Part shown: positions 48,931 through 62,622 of the stretch, in pieces
Layout: every line of letters begins with the position of its first letter
How positions within the stretch are numbered: position 1 is the first letter of the stretch
Source of the DNA: Vicugna vicugna
Taxonomy: Eukaryota
DNA: 64,000 nucleotides
NCBI GenBank assembly: GCA_013265495.1
Contig: MU058241.1
Coordinates: 1,241,249 to 1,305,248 of the forward strand
Direction: 5' to 3'
The notes under the pieces: generated by a model
What the model was told of the DNA's origin: nothing
The model's database searches: none
The model's input: the letters and a program-made list of their open reading frames with translations, nothing else
Program-made: the position numbers and the translations under genes

Positions 48931-49399
48931 ACATACAAAACACAGGGAGCTTCGGCTGAACGGTCACTTGGCTACCGGTGGGATGACTGCAATGACTACA
49001 GGACAGCCTGGCAAGTGTTCTCTGAGGCATACACCTCATCCAGTGAACGTTCTGTGTTTTGTGACTTTCCACGGCATAATACGAAATTATCTATCCTCCT
49101 GTCAAAACTGCAGCTAGGAAAGTCCTTAAAGAGATCTAGTATTCTACAAAAAATAGACTTACATTTACAAACTTGATTGCAGAATGACTGTTCACTAATG
49201 AGAAAAAATTACTTCAACTGTCACATTTTTAGGACATCTATGCTGTCAATAATTTCACATGTCTGTTACAATAATCTGCTCTGGTACAAGAGGTGGGTAC
49301 TTTCTTTTTTTGTTGAAATCAAATGTTAATTAATGCATCAACCAATCATGACTTCATTTAGAACATTCTTCTCTTACTACATTAAAAGTGTTAAAATGT

Positions 49400-49600
49400 A
49401 TGAATGTATATAAATAATATATAATATAAATATGAGTAACATAAATATACAGCATATAATATTATTAAATGATATATAAATATAACATAAAGTATATTAT
49501 ACTGGAATAAATATAATATTAATTATAGAATACATCATATGTAAACAATCATATAAATATAAATAACATAATAATATACAAATAATACACAAAATACATC
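49400..49600. repeat. AT-rich low-complexity tract
   Basis: Near-pure A/T with (ATATA)-like units. Confidence 0.85.
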
Positions 49601-50129
49601 TAATGCTTTCAAATAGGGTCCCTTTGTTTAATAAAAGTGCAGGTAGACAAGTTTCCACTAACTCCTAAAATTTTCTTCTGCAAAATTCGACAGACTTCTC
49701 GCTTGTTTTCCAGTGGAGATCATACGCTCAGTTACCTTACCATATTTGAAAACCTTAAGTACAAGAACAAACGAGAGTCTTCATCGTAGTCACCTGAAGC
49801 TGCTATTCTGTTTTCTCAAACCCAGCACTTCAAATTCCAAATCATATCTCAAAAAAGAAAAAAGACCTAGATCAGCATTCCTCAGACTTTTCCCCGTTAC
49901 TCTCTCTTCCCTAAGAAGGCTCCTTTGGACTTTATTTCCCCTAATCTCACGCACCTTACGTGCAGTTTCAGTACTAAAAGATGTGCTGCATGTAATTTAA
50001 CATGTGTATGTGTGCATACTCTGTGCATGCCTGTGCTTTATAAACAGAACGAGCAATACTCCCCTCTTCCCAAGAATCCTCGTTTTCTCCCTGAGACGTG
50101 AGATGTCCACTGAGACGTTTGCTCTCCAT

Positions 50130-50505
50130 CAACACTGTCCCAGAGAACTTGCTGTGATGAAGGCACTATTCTATCTTCGATGGTACCCAGTCAGCAGTGG
50201 CTAGGGACGTGAACTGTATCTATTTAAAACTTGCTTACTGCAGATGTTAACTACTATATACAGAATAGATAGACCACAAGGTCCAACAGTACAGCACAGG
50301 GAACTATACTCAGTACTTTGTAATAACCTATAATGACAAGAAATAGTAAAAGGAATATATATACATATGCATAACGGAATCACTGTGCTGTACACCAGAA
50401 ATTTACACAACACTGCAAACTGACTATACTTCATTAAAAAAAACTAAGAGTAACATTCACTCAATTTAAGGGTCACGAATGGCTAGCGGCTACTATACTG
50501 GATCC
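50130..50505. mobile_element. MER3-like hAT fossil split by an L1 3' end
   Basis: CACTGTCCCAGAGAACTT..TGTGATGAAGG..TTCTAT on the left and TGGCTAGCGGCTACTATACTGGA on the right. Confidence 0.6.
50240..50445 (+). mobile_element. Short L1 3' end
   Basis: CAGCACAGGGAACTATACTCAGTA...GAATCACTGTGCTGTACACCAGAA...polyA. Confidence 0.85.
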
Positions 50506-50621
50506 CCTAGTTCTGGAGAGTAAAGGCAAGCAAGTGATTAAATTAAAGCTCATGAACAAGGGTCACCTAGAGAAGTCCCAGAGGGTAGCCAGTGACGTTC
50601 TTAAACAAGCAGATACTAAAG

Positions 50622-50862
50622 CCATGATGCTCAGCCAGGGGCCATTTTCTTCCACCCCACCCCATGCCAGGGGACATTTGGCAAAGTTTGAGGACATGCT
50701 GGTTTGTCAAATGGGAGCAGGTGCGAAGGTGCTAACAGCCTTACGGGGTAGAAACCATGAGGCTGGTCCACAGACTTTAACATGCAAGACAGCCCCCTCC
50801 CCACCCCAGCAAAGAATTACTCAGCTCCCAGGGTGACGGTGTCAAGGCTGACAAATCCCGCC
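50622..50862. mobile_element. MER20
   Basis: CCAGGGGACATTTGGCAA...AAAGAATTACTCAGC...GTGTCAAGGCTGACAAATCC. Confidence 0.7.
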
Positions 50863-52804
50863 ATAACTACGGACTCTTGGAAACTGGATCTTGCAACTTA
50901 AGTCTCTCCAAAGCTCCTCTCGCCTTCTGGAGAGCTGTGAGGCTGAGAGGCTCACTTCCTATCATGATTTCAGAAAAAAGAGAAAGAAACCGCTGTGCTC
51001 AACCAAGGTGGATACTAAATCTGCCTCCTGGGATGTCTGGAGTTCTGTCAAGCAAGAGTACAAACAGCACTTCAGACAGAACGTTTACTTACCCTTCCTT
51101 TCACACTGAACCACAGAGAATAAAATCACTGCGTTTCTGCAGATCTACTGAGGCACGCCCGTCAAACTGACGGGACCACTCATCTGACCAGTGCTGGGAG
51201 CACTGCCACGGTGGTCTGTCCAGCATGGTTTAAGATAAAGAGTGTCATAAATACTATTTTTACTCCAATTTGGAGAATCGGCTCAGTGGATGAGAACTGT
51301 AAGCTATCCGGCGTCACACGCGTAAAAGCTACATTTTCTAGTTAGGTTTTGGGTGAGGCTGCGTAGGGAAAGATGACAGGGCACGTTCACAAATATTTGT
51401 ATTCCCAGGCCACGCGAAATCCTCTAAGAGTGAGACAAAGAGATCTAGGAGTTCTCAGAGTAGCAAAGCAAAACCTGCACATCACAAGACGGAGGGAGGC
51501 GGATTTTGCTGATTAAATTACAAACGACCGTTTTGTGACAGTTCTGTGTCGCCAGCTCTATTTCGTTTCTGCGGTATGAGTTTAGGTATGCTATTCTGCT
51601 GTTTCCATGGGGCCCACGTCAGCATCAAATTCTTTCTCCTCCCTGAAATTTCGTGGCCCGGGAATGAAAGTAACTACAGATATGATTTAAATCAAAGACA
51701 AAGAGGGTTAAGTCGTTTCCAAATGGAACACGTTTTCACCTGCTCGTCTGGCTCCCCTGATTACGTTTTCCTCTTTCACATCAGGAAGATTATAACTATG
51801 ATTAGAAAACTCAAATGCAGTGTCAAATATTGACTCAACTTCTGAAGGCTGTAGTTAATCTCTTTTAGCAGTAAACTCAGCTGCTGATGGAAAGCTCTTT
51901 AAGCAAAACATAGGTCTTCTAACTCATCCTGAAATTATGCTAAAAATTAAAACAGGGCCACTTTCTTCAAAACCAGGCCTCCAGACTTCAGGCGGTTTTG
52001 CACGACTGAGAGGTCCTGGGGCATGGGCCGGTCCCATGGAGAAATCGTCGCTTACTGGCTCTGAAGTTGGATAAAGAACTGCACCCTAAGGAATCTAGAA
52101 CTCTCCGGTGGAGAACGGACCACGGGAGCGGAAAAGCCTTTCAAGATCTCAGGTCAGATGAAACCAGTTTCTGGCTAAAGAGAATTGCTCATGTATTTTC
52201 CCCACTTTAAACTTTTTTTATTACAAGGATCCATCAAACTTTATGAGGAACAACAGGGGACTGTACAAAGTAAAAGAGGAAAAAGGCCCCAGCTGTAATT
52301 CTCATTTTTATGGAGGCTTACCAGGAATCACATGCTGTAATGGGTAAGATTAACAACTACAGGAACCAAACACCGTCAGAGGTCCCGCAAATTAGCACAA
52401 CTCTCTGAGAAACCCACCTGGAAATACGTTTCCAAATGGAAAAAAATCTTATAGCCTTTGATTCGGTGTTCATATCTGAAACATGATCACAGGTGTCGGG
52501 GAAGGATGCTCACGTGGCCAAAGCTGCCAGCATCCACACAAATCATAGGACATTAATTGGGTGGGACATTATTTAGACAAGGTAGCCAGTTGGGAATGTT
52601 GTGCCTGGGGCTCTGGAAGCTGGGCCACGGCCTCTCCCATCGCTGCCTGGTCTGTAATATGCTGCGGAGCATGTGGGAAAGCATGCTGAGCGGTCCTAGA
52701 TCATGCACTGTCCTGAGGTCACTGGATGGGGAGGGAGGTGGGGGCTGGGGGTGCACTGCCTGTGCTTCCAGGCAAAAGCCAGGAGCCAGTGAATGAGAAG
52801 ATAA

Positions 52805-53172
52805 TACAAGAGAAAGAAATACATCCTATGATATCACTTATACGTGGAATCCAAAGAAAGAAAACATGATACAGCGAACTTATTTACAAACCGGAAATAG
52901 ATTCACACAGAAAACAAACTATAGTTACCAAAGGGAATAGTGGAGGGATAAATTAGGAGTTTGGGATTAACATATATACACCACTGTACATAAACCAGAT
53001 AAACAACAAAGTTCTACTGTACAGCACAGGGAACTGTATCCAATACCTTATAATGGCCTATAATGTAAAAGACTATGGAAAGGAATATATAACTTGTATA
53101 AGTGAATCATTTTTCTGTACACCCGAAACTTACACAACATTGTAAATCAACAATACTTCAATTAAAAAATAA
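52805..53172 (+). mobile_element. L1 3' end
   Basis: ATATCACTTATACGTGGAATC...GGAGGGATAAATTAGGAGTTTGGGATTAACA...ACTTCAATTAAAAAA. Confidence 0.9.
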
Positions 53173-55229
53173 AATGAGCACAAAATATCACTGGCCTTAA
53201 AGGGTGAGTGTCAGGACTGCATGCTTCCAACACGTAAGAGAGTGGGAAGAGTGCTACCCACGTAACAAATGCTTCAGAACTGGTAGCTGTCGTTCACGTA
53301 CTCTCTTTAACAATATCACTGTATCTTTCAGAAGGCGCTTAACAACTGCCCTGCCCTATGGATGAACATTTAGAATCTTTCTTTTGTGCCCTCATCACAA
53401 GACACTTCCTTGGACATAATACCTTTGTTCAAAAGCCTGACAACATTTAATTTGCATACCTGGTGTCAAGCTCATTAACCTTGAGGAAATGTGAAATATT
53501 TAAAGCAGGTCTTAAGGCTTGTACAGTGCGAAGCCAGCTGTCTGATTACATGTAAAGTAATGATGAGGAATACAACACTGATAAATATAACATGTCTCAA
53601 GCTGTCCAGAGGCATTAGCTAATTCACTCACAAACCCATTTCCAGTGGGGCCACCATGAAGGGAAAGCTCTTTAGAAAACATTTACTATGTTCGAATTTT
53701 GTGTTTAAAATGAATAGGAAATTCCCTTCTATCATAGTAATTTTAAAAATAGTCATACGTTGTAGAGCATTAATTGCACACATTTGTACATACCAACTTT
53801 CTTTCTAGATTAAAGCTTCTACGATGATTTATATTCTATTTCGTCTCTTGCAGTTTCTGCGGCACCAAAGACAGGGACTTGCATCCCCCCAAAAGTAAAA
53901 GACCCATATGCCTGTTCACCTAATAGCACCCCTACAGTGCACATCTCAGCTGACTGCACCGACACACTCATCACTGTGAAGCTGACACCTGCAGATACTC
54001 CAGAGCAGATACAGAAATGGTCTGTGAGCTAAAGGAGGGGGGGCAATGTGGCTTCCCAGGTCTTTGCAATGGCGCTGAAGGTGAACCTACGTTGATTTTT
54101 CCAAGGGGATTGGCTGGATAAGGCAAATACCGCAGTTTTCTGTCTTGCTTTTCTCGTTGAGAACGAGCTGGTTCTGCTGCGGCTGCTGAAGGAATGTAAG
54201 AAATGCCCGAGATGCACAAGCCTGTTCTTCAGTTCAACAACTTGGTTCATGAGAGAATCTCACTGCCTTCGTGCAAAAGTCTTAGGGTGGACAAAGCTGC
54301 CAGGACAGCATCCTCACTCCTGCACTGGCCCTTCATCTAGCACAAGACAGTCAACAAATACTCTCGGGTCCCACTGTGTTGGGCACAGGTCTAGCTCTAT
54401 GGACACAACAAAACAGACAAGATCCCAGGCATGCCAAGACCTTCAGGATGTGGAGGCTGAACATACATCAGATGAGTAAGGACAAATCCTATCATGTTAG
54501 ATTGTGACAAGCATGGAAAAGATAATAGAGCAGGATGAGAGAGATAAGTATGAGGCTGGGGGAAATGTGACTAACTCTCCCTTCATGATTATTCGTAACC
54601 AAACCCCTTCCTTTCCTCCCTCCAGACAGACATGTCTAGGATTATGTGTTTCGATCATACTTGTATTTTTCTTCTGGTTCCTAATGTGACAGCGCATGAA
54701 ACGCACCTGGCACAGTCATTCCTGATTACAGGCTCTCGGTACTTGTGACACCTCCACTGTCAACATCTTCAGCTGCACACACTACGTTATGTCTTGTTTT
54801 GGTTACATGGTTGCAGTCAGAGTGCCTGCAATTCTCCTCTTTGCACAGGACGAGACCCCACTGGGTGGTTCATTGCCCTTGACCCGTTAAAGTCTTTTCA
54901 TTCATTAAACACATGTTGGAAACCCAGAACCAAATCCCAGTGGAGAGCCCTGCAAAATACAAGGGCAGGATCTCCTGTCCTTTCCTTCAGAGACTCGGAG
55001 GAAGTGGGAGACCAGCGTGCAAACAAGTACTGAAAGTAAACTGTCACGTGCGCCACATCTGAAGTCTACAAAACAGGAAGTGATGTGCGTAGTCCCATCC
55101 CTTAATCCAGAGTAACAGACGTGCACCGTGTCGTATTTCGTGTGGTCACAACCTTCCATGGGAATCCTGAGCAGCACTTTTTTTCTCTCTTTGAGAGGTG
55201 GGTCACGAAACAGGCATTCAGGTACTTTT

Positions 55230-55503
55230 TTTTTTTAAAATAACTTAAAGTATAGTCAGTTACAACATGTCAATTTTTGGTGTACAGCATAGTGATTCAT
55301 TTATATCCATGCATGCATATATCCCTTTTCCTATGCTTTTTCATTATAAGTTACTACAAGATATTGAATATAGTTCCCTGTGCTATACAGAAGAAACTTG
55401 TTTTTTTAATCGGTTTTATATAGTGGTTAAAACCTGCACATCTCGAACTCCCAATTTATCCCTTCCTAACCCCTTTCCCCCCGGAACCATAAGTTTGTTT
55501 ACT
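55230..55503 (-). mobile_element. L1 3' end
   Basis: Poly-T followed by ATATTGAATATAGTTCCCTGTGCTATACAG; TSD ATTCAGGTACTTTT / ATGCAGGCACTTTT (55216-55229, 55504-55517). Confidence 0.88.
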
Positions 55504-55630
55504 ATGCAGGCACTTTTGACTTCAAGAATCAGGTATCAGCTTCTGCTACGTGAAGCCCTACATGACAGTTTAGTAGGTTTTTCAATAAATAACTGGAAGA
55601 GTTTAAAAACAAAACAAAACAAAACAAAAC

Positions 55631-56183
55631 NNNNNNNNNNNNNNNNNNNNNNNNNNNNNNNNNNNNNNNNNNNNNNNNNNNNNNNNNNNNNNNNNNNNNN
55701 NNNNNNNNNNNNNNNNNNNNNNNNNNNNNNNNNNNNNNNNNNNNNNNNNNNNNNNNNNNNNNNNNNNNNNNNNNNNNNNNNNNNNNNNNNNNNNNNNNNN
55801 NNNNNNNNNNNNNNNNNNNNNNNNNNNNNNNNNNNNNNNNNNNNNNNNNNNNNNNNNNNNNNNNNNNNNNNNNNNNNNNNNNNNNNNNNNNNNNNNNNNN
55901 NNNNNNNNNNNNNNNNNNNNNNNNNNNNNNNNNNNNNNNNNNNNNNNNNNNNNNNNNNNNNNNNNNNNNNNNNNNNNNNNNNNNNNNNNNNNNNNNNNNN
56001 NNNNNNNNNNNNNNNNNNNNNNNNNNNNNNNNNNNNNNNNNNNNNNNNNNNNNNNNNNNNNNNNNNNNNNNNNNNNNNNNNNNNNNNNNNNNNNNNNNNN
56101 NNNNNNNNNNNNNNNNNNNNNNNNNNNNNNNNNNNNNNNNNNNNNNNNNNNNNNNNNNNNNNNNNNNNNNNNNNNNNNNNNNN
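55631..56183. other. Assembly gap (553 N), preceded by (AAAAC)n
   Basis: Direct observation. Confidence 0.99.
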
Positions 56184-56578
56184 TGATCACTGTACGTTTT
56201 AGAGTCTGTGTCATGGGATTGCCCGCAGGTAAGAATGTTCCTTCACTGAAGTGCCCTGGGGTAGTGACTATCACTTGGAGGAATTTCAAATCAGATACCC
56301 CATCTTTGAACATCTGTATTTATCAGAAGACTCTGAGCATTTAGGCAGCTTCAAACACCAACTCTGTCATCAGAACTGTCGTGCAAGTCTGGTAAAAAGG
56401 CATGTTTATTTTCATCCAACATACTATACAAATTAAAGCATCCCCGCATGGTTTAGAGAATGGGACACTGTTGATGAAAAACTGGAGGACAACATAAATG
56501 AAGTATTGTCATTACCACGTGTTAGCAATGCCGGAATATAGCAAATGTGTAAGTATCCCAAGTTTTCAGGGTACTGTC

Positions 56579-57096
56579 ATCAAACTTCTCTCCGCAACAG
56601 CACGGGTTCTCCACCTCGAAATCATGAGCACTCATGAGCCTTTCCGCCATCAATTGTCAACGTCACTCTGCGGAGGAAAAGTTCAGTTTCAAGTCTTGCA
56701 GCGGGGGATGGACCCAGCAAGATCCCTTCCTGCATTTGTTTAGGTAAAAGCTTGGATGAAAGACGAGGATGAGGCACTCCTCGGGTTGTCAAAACAAACG
56801 CATCCGTTTCCAAATTGTGTTCTTTATACACAGATCAATCAAACTTCTCTCTGCAACAGCACGGGTTCTCCACCTCGAAATCATGAGCACTCACGAGCCT
56901 TTGCCGCCATCAATTGTCAACCTCACTCTACGGAGGAAAAGTTCAGTTTCAAGTCTTGCAGCGGGGGATGGACCCAGCAAGATCCCTTCCTGCATTTGTT
57001 TAGGTAAAAGCTTGGATGAAAGACGAGGATGAGGCACTCCTCGGGTTGTCAAAACAAACGCATCCGTTTCCAAATTGTGTTCTTTATACACAGATC
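56579..57096. repeat. Tandem duplication, ~259-bp unit x2
   Basis: 56579-56836 versus 56838-57096; about five differences, all in the first ~95 bp. Confidence 0.95.
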
Positions 57097-58362
57097 TCTA
57101 TGCGGCAGTGCCTCCTCACCTGCTCCCCTTCAAAGAAAGCGTAAAAGTACACGTTCACCACTTGCATGCTCTGCTGCTGCTGGAACTGTTGGGTTGTTGT
57201 TTGGAAAATGGGGTAACGTGATTTGTGTTATATTACTAGGATCAAGTGAAAGGAAGTCTAGTACTAAGGAGTAATCAGGAATTAGCCAGAAGGTACCTAG
57301 TGGAATTCCTTGACATTCACGTTCACAGACATGCACGCGCGCGCGCACACACACACACAATGTATTCTTTCATTCAAGAACTATCTATGCAGTGACTGAC
57401 TCCAGTGTACTATGGACTTTGTAGGTTATAACTACAAGAAAAAAGGCAATTAAAAATATAAGGCCAATCTTGTCTTTTTAATTAGGGAGAGTTCAGTGTG
57501 ATGATAAAACCCAGACTTGGAGCACAGTGCCCCAAATTGTGTGTGTCATTTCTTTCCCGACAGCCCACACTGTGGCATGTAGTTTGTCCCCTAATTACCT
57601 CGACCCCAAAAATGGTTCTCCCCAGGCCATGTCTGGGGTCACATCACGTTCAGAACAGTCTCCTGCCATGCCCTGCATGGTCATAAATGAGTCAAGGGGG
57701 CAGACTTCCCTTCATTCTTTCAACGTCCTTGTCATTGGCCATTATTCTTGCTACTGAGTCATTTTATATTTTTAAATCTCATTTTACCAAGAACTTCAGC
57801 CTAAGACCCAAGGGAAGTCCTAAACGCTGGCTTCTAGCCCTCACACTTCAGGGTCAGAACAATGAGCAGCCTCTTTGCCTGAGTCTCAGACGCCAGCAGC
57901 AGCCGAGAACATTCCCCTCAAGGCTGGCAAGACCGAGGTGCGCTCAAGATGCCCTGTGCTGGAGCACAGCGTCAGGGCAGCATACAGCGAACACGGCAGC
58001 CAGGAGTGTGCGGACGGCTCTCTCACCAACAGATCCCTGGAACCTGATGGGAGGTAACCCAGCTGCCACTCGACAGAGGAGAGCAGTGGGGCGTGGGTGT
58101 GTGTGTCTGTGCACACACGCACACGTGTGTGAAGTGACAATGCATTAGTTTGATTCAAAACACATACAACTCAGGGCCGAAGGGGAATACTCCTGCTCAT
58201 TGTGTAGAGTCACCAGTTTAACGGACAACAAGCTGGAAAACAGTCAGATGCCCTGCCAGCTGGGGCTGCACGTGAAAGTTACCGCGCGGCCCCGCTTGTG
58301 CTTGGTGGACGTGCCGACTGGTTCAGTGACTCCAGAGGGTCCTGATTCCCCATTGTCAGCAC

Positions 58363-58739
58363 TGTCTTAGTTTGAACTCCCCCTCAAAGCAGGAGTCAAG
58401 GTTTAGGCTGCATATCATTTATTGAGGAAGAGGACTTGAAGAGGGGAGACAGGGAAGGGGGAAAAGCCAAGAAAGAGGGTGCTAACAAAGGGGTAGCCCT
58501 GCAGAGGAAGGGACTCAGTCCCCCAAGAGACTGCAGAACATGCCTCAAAGTGAGCCACCTGGGGGGCTGGGAAGCTGGGATATCTCACACCAACTCTAAA
58601 CCTCCTGGTTTAGGGTCACTGGCAAAGCAACTGTCCAGAGCTCGGGGTCTCCTCCTCCTTCCTAGGGTCAGACAACGCCCACTGGCTGACCTTTGGGGGT
58701 GATGCGTACATGGGCTGGGTGACGCCAGCATCTGCTACG
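58363..58739 (-). mobile_element. LTR16-like ERVL solo LTR
   Basis: TGTCTTAGTTTG...GAGACAGGGAAGG...GAACATGCCTCA...AGCTGGGATAT..CACCAACTC...CAGCATCTGCTAC. Confidence 0.7.
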
Positions 58740-61184
58740 CTCCACACTGATGTCCCAAAGTACAGCTGACGCCCCACATCTGGATCAGAGGCGGCCAGTC
58801 TTGCCAACCTCCCATTCCAGGAAGCCCCCTAACCTTTCTCCAGAATTGTTAGGGAAACTCACATAATTGAACAAGCATCCCCCCAGGCTGGACATCCTTG
58901 GACCCACAGCTCCTGATTGGTGGTACAGGGTGTCAGGTAGATTCTTTCTCCCAGAGTTGAGCATTTGGCTTAAACTAGCTTGAGTTTCTTCTGTTACACC
59001 TTCCCATGGGTAAAATTCTTTACCATCCCTCAGAGTCGCCTCTTTCCTCTGTGGGTCTGGGTGGAATGCATGGGTGGGAGCAGGTCCCCACGCTGGCCAC
59101 CAGCTGACCTGTCTACATCCACTGGGCTGGATTCATCCAGCTTGGACTGTAATGTTAATTTATGCTCAAGTCTGTCCAAAATCCATAATACTTTCAAGGC
59201 TCAAAGGGGAGAAGAGACATGAGTCAGAAGCTCTTTGTAGGGCTATGAAAACTCACAGCATAGCTGCTACAGAAATAGATGACACGGGAGGGCCACCCAA
59301 GAGCATTATTACAAGTCCCTGAACCTTTCTGTCAGATTTTTTTTAAAGCATTCTGTTACACTCCCTGTTCCCCGAGTAATTTTTGCTAGAAAAATGACAG
59401 TACATAGCAATGCTCTAGTATCTGCAGAACTCAAGTGCTACCCAAGTGACACCTTTCCACCTCTAGAGCCCATAAAATACCTTTCAGCAACGCCTGAGTG
59501 ATAGCTCTCCTGCTCTGGAAGAAGTCTATCAACAAAGCACAGGCTGCATCCAATGTTCCATCCTGTGCAACAGTCAGCCAAACAAAAGCCTGCACAGCCC
59601 TGAAATGTGCTTCAAAGGTAAGGGAGAGGAAAGCTATGCTTTCACACAGCTCTGCTGCCTCTGCAAACAGCGTCTTGTTTGTTCGGACTTAGCGGCCATA
59701 CTGATTATGGTCCAGGCTCTTCAGCCTCCTGGCATTTGTGGCTAAGTCGTCTCTCAGGATAAACCTTCTCGGGAGCAGTTCTGATACACGAGATGAGGAG
59801 CTTGCTCTTTTAATACGACCAAAAGTTCATTCCCTCACAGGAAATAACTGTCTCAGGATACGTCTGCAGGTTTCTTCAAAAGACAGACTTTGAGGCAGAC
59901 TCAAGAGACAGACGAAGCTAAACGCGAAGGAGAGAATCCTATTCACAAGTTTGCTCTTTCTCATCACCTAGATTATTACACGTGACCTATTTGGGCACCG
60001 TAATAATGGAACTTTTCCACGTTCCAGAGAAGACTTTCAATTCTAGAAACGCAAATGGAACGCAGTAAAATTCAACAGTAATGATCTCAAACTTTGAAAG
60101 TTCATCAATATTTATGGAGTTGGATTGCAGTCATTTACACATGATGCAATCACCATTGATGCCATCTTCTGTAAGTTAATTTTAAAGTTTAAATGCGTGC
60201 GGTAGTCATGATGTTTTAGTATTTAACTGCGAGTTACCTGGCTCTAAGTGCCAGCATTACAGTTACACTGAAAAATGCATACTGAAATAATCAGCTTTCA
60301 TTATTTTCATCTCATATTCACACTTTAAGTGGCAAGTTAATTGAAAGTGTGTGCAGTTAACATATTTCACAATTTGGGTATGTACATTAAAATATAACAT
60401 TAAAATGCATTTTGCTAAAGCGGTGTGGAACATATGATTTGGGGAGCTTCAAAAACCATGATATTTAAATCTAAGTGTTCCCCGTGGCCTCTGAACAGGG
60501 CAGATCTGGACTGCTACAGATTTAAACCAGACGGGTAAAACTGACCTGCTACCTTACCACTTTTTTTTTTTTCCAAAACAAAATCCAAATAAATGAAGAG
60601 AAGATTTTCCGTGTTAATTATTTCTGTGTGAGAGGACAAGAGAAATATTTGTTTCTGTAGGGCCAGGCACAGTGTCTAGAAGACAGTGGGTAATCAATAG
60701 CTGTTCACTCAGTAGATGAATGAGGCTCACGAGCAGGCTTTAAACAATGAGCCTGACAACCAGAGGTGATTATGTGAAGCAGCTGTACCAGCCTTTCCCG
60801 TCAGGACTTGGCGTATCACCGCCCATGACCTCAACGCCTCACGGCGGCCACGGGCCCGCCTCCCTTACTCCTTCATGTGTAGTAAGAATGAGAAGATTCG
60901 GTTAACGTCCGTCACTGGGAAGTATTTAGTGATATCTGAGAAGCGATTCAATGCAGTGTGAGGAGAAGACGTCAGATTTCTGGTGATGGAAGACTAAGTG
61001 TTAGGTGGGGAGGCTGGATCATTCTGGGTGTGATGGAATTCAACCACTTAATCCCAAGACTGTTGAAATTTTTCTAGAAAAATATGCAAAACCAGTGTAT
61101 ATATGACTAAGCTTAAATATTTACACACACACACACATATATGTATATGTATATATATATATATGTCTGTGTATATATATATTT

Positions 61185-61525
61185 AAATTTTTTAATGAAG
61201 TGCAGTTGACTTATAATGTTAGTTTCAGGTATACAGGTAAGTGATTCAGTTATACATTTTTTTTCTTCTTTTCAGATTCTTTCCCATTATATACTATTAT
61301 AAGAAATTGAAGTCCCCTGTGCTATGTAGTAGGTCCTTGTTTATTGATTTTATATATAGTAATGCATGTCTGGTGATCCCCAACCCCTAATTTATCCCCC
61401 ACCGCCTTTTTCTCTTTGGTAAACCATAGTTTGTTTTCTATGTCTGTGAGTCTGTTTTGGGTTTGCAAATACAATTTCTATCATTTTTTTTTAGATTCCA
61501 CATATAAGTGATTTCATATGATATT
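61185..61525 (-). mobile_element. L1 3' end with adjacent (CA)/(TA) tract
   Basis: GTGATTCAGTTATACAT...CCCTGTGCTATGTAGTAGGTCCTTG...TTAGATTCCACATATAAGTGA. Confidence 0.9.
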
Positions 61526-61921
61526 AGTTATTTTTTAAAGGCAAAATGTACCTCTCATTAAGCAAATCTATTTGATTTATTAGTTACTTTAATGAGGAAA
61601 GTCATCACCCTAATAAACCACACAGCCGACCCTTTGGTGTCCTTGAAGAGCAGGTGAGCCATCCATATTCAATAAGGGTCTCTGTGTGTTATTTCATTAG
61701 TGATTCATCTTTCCCAAACCTGCTCTCAAATACTACTATCAATAACCCTCACGCTCTCCACTTCATACAAACAATAACATCACATTGACGTAAATACATG
61801 GGGCAGCGTGGATGTGTCCCTCTGCTGTGCCCAGATGGCTCCAGAGCTCGAGTTGCTGGTGCATGATTAGGGGAGCCCCTCTTCCATTTAAGTGCTTACT
61901 GAGCATGACCCAGAATCTATA

Positions 61922-62250
61922 AACAAGGGCTCACTGTCCAAACCCAGTTTTTGTACAGCCCACAAGGTAAGAACGGGTTTTACATTTTTAAATCTTTGCA
62001 GGGGGCAGGATGGGGGTTAAAAAAAAAAGCAGCTATCATGGCACATGAAAGGTCTATGAACCTCAAATTTCAGGCTCTGGACATCAAGTTTTATTGAACA
62101 CAGCCACGCCTGTTCGTTTATGTGCTGCCTGCGGTTAATGCTGATCTCTAGCGACCAAGCTGAGTGGTTGTATCAGGGACCAAAGGGCCCCCAAAGACAA
62201 AATATTCAAGATGTGGCCCTTTACAGAAAGCATTTGCTGATGTCTGGTCT
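61922..62250. mobile_element. MER58B-like hAT fossil
   Basis: TTTTTGTACAGCCCAC..TAAGAACGG..TTTACATTTTTAAA...AGTTTTATTGAACACAGCCACGCC...TGGCCCTTTACAGAAA. Confidence 0.75.
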
Positions 62251-62547
62251 AGAACTCTTGAATACTCTTGAAGGTTAGATTACGTTAAAAAAAAAAACCT
62301 ACAAAGTCGTCTCATTTTACTCTTTAATATTTTATAACAAACATTTGAAGATGCTCAATAATAAATGTTTGGAGTAAAGGAAATCCCAAACCACTAGGAA
62401 GTGACTAAGAAGGCAAAAGCCAAGAAGTTAAAATAACAGAAGAGAATACTTACAGTTTAAAACTGAGCTAACGAATCTACAATTGCAGAAAAAAAAAACT
62501 AAGGAAAGCCCTGAGCTCGTGGTACACCTCAGAACAAGAGGAGGAAA

Positions 62548-62622
62548 CTCTGTCTCTCTGGCTCTGTCTCTTTGTCTGGTCTGTCTGTCTGTCTCTGCCT
62601 CTCTCTCTCAGTCTCTGTCTCT
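62548..62622. repeat. Imperfect (TC)/(TCTG) microsatellite
   Basis: Direct observation. Confidence 0.8.

Noticed and set aside
55267..56313. 311-aa and 236-aa ORFs
   Set aside because: Artefacts of reading through the N gap.
59488..59617. Plus-strand open segment ending in AAG|GTAAGG
   Set aside because: The pyrimidine tract is weak and the peptide is unrecognisable; such pseudo-exons are common.
2636..61525. Inferring host-gene strand from L1 orientation
   Set aside because: Roughly nine plus-strand versus five or six minus-strand pieces is too weak a bias.
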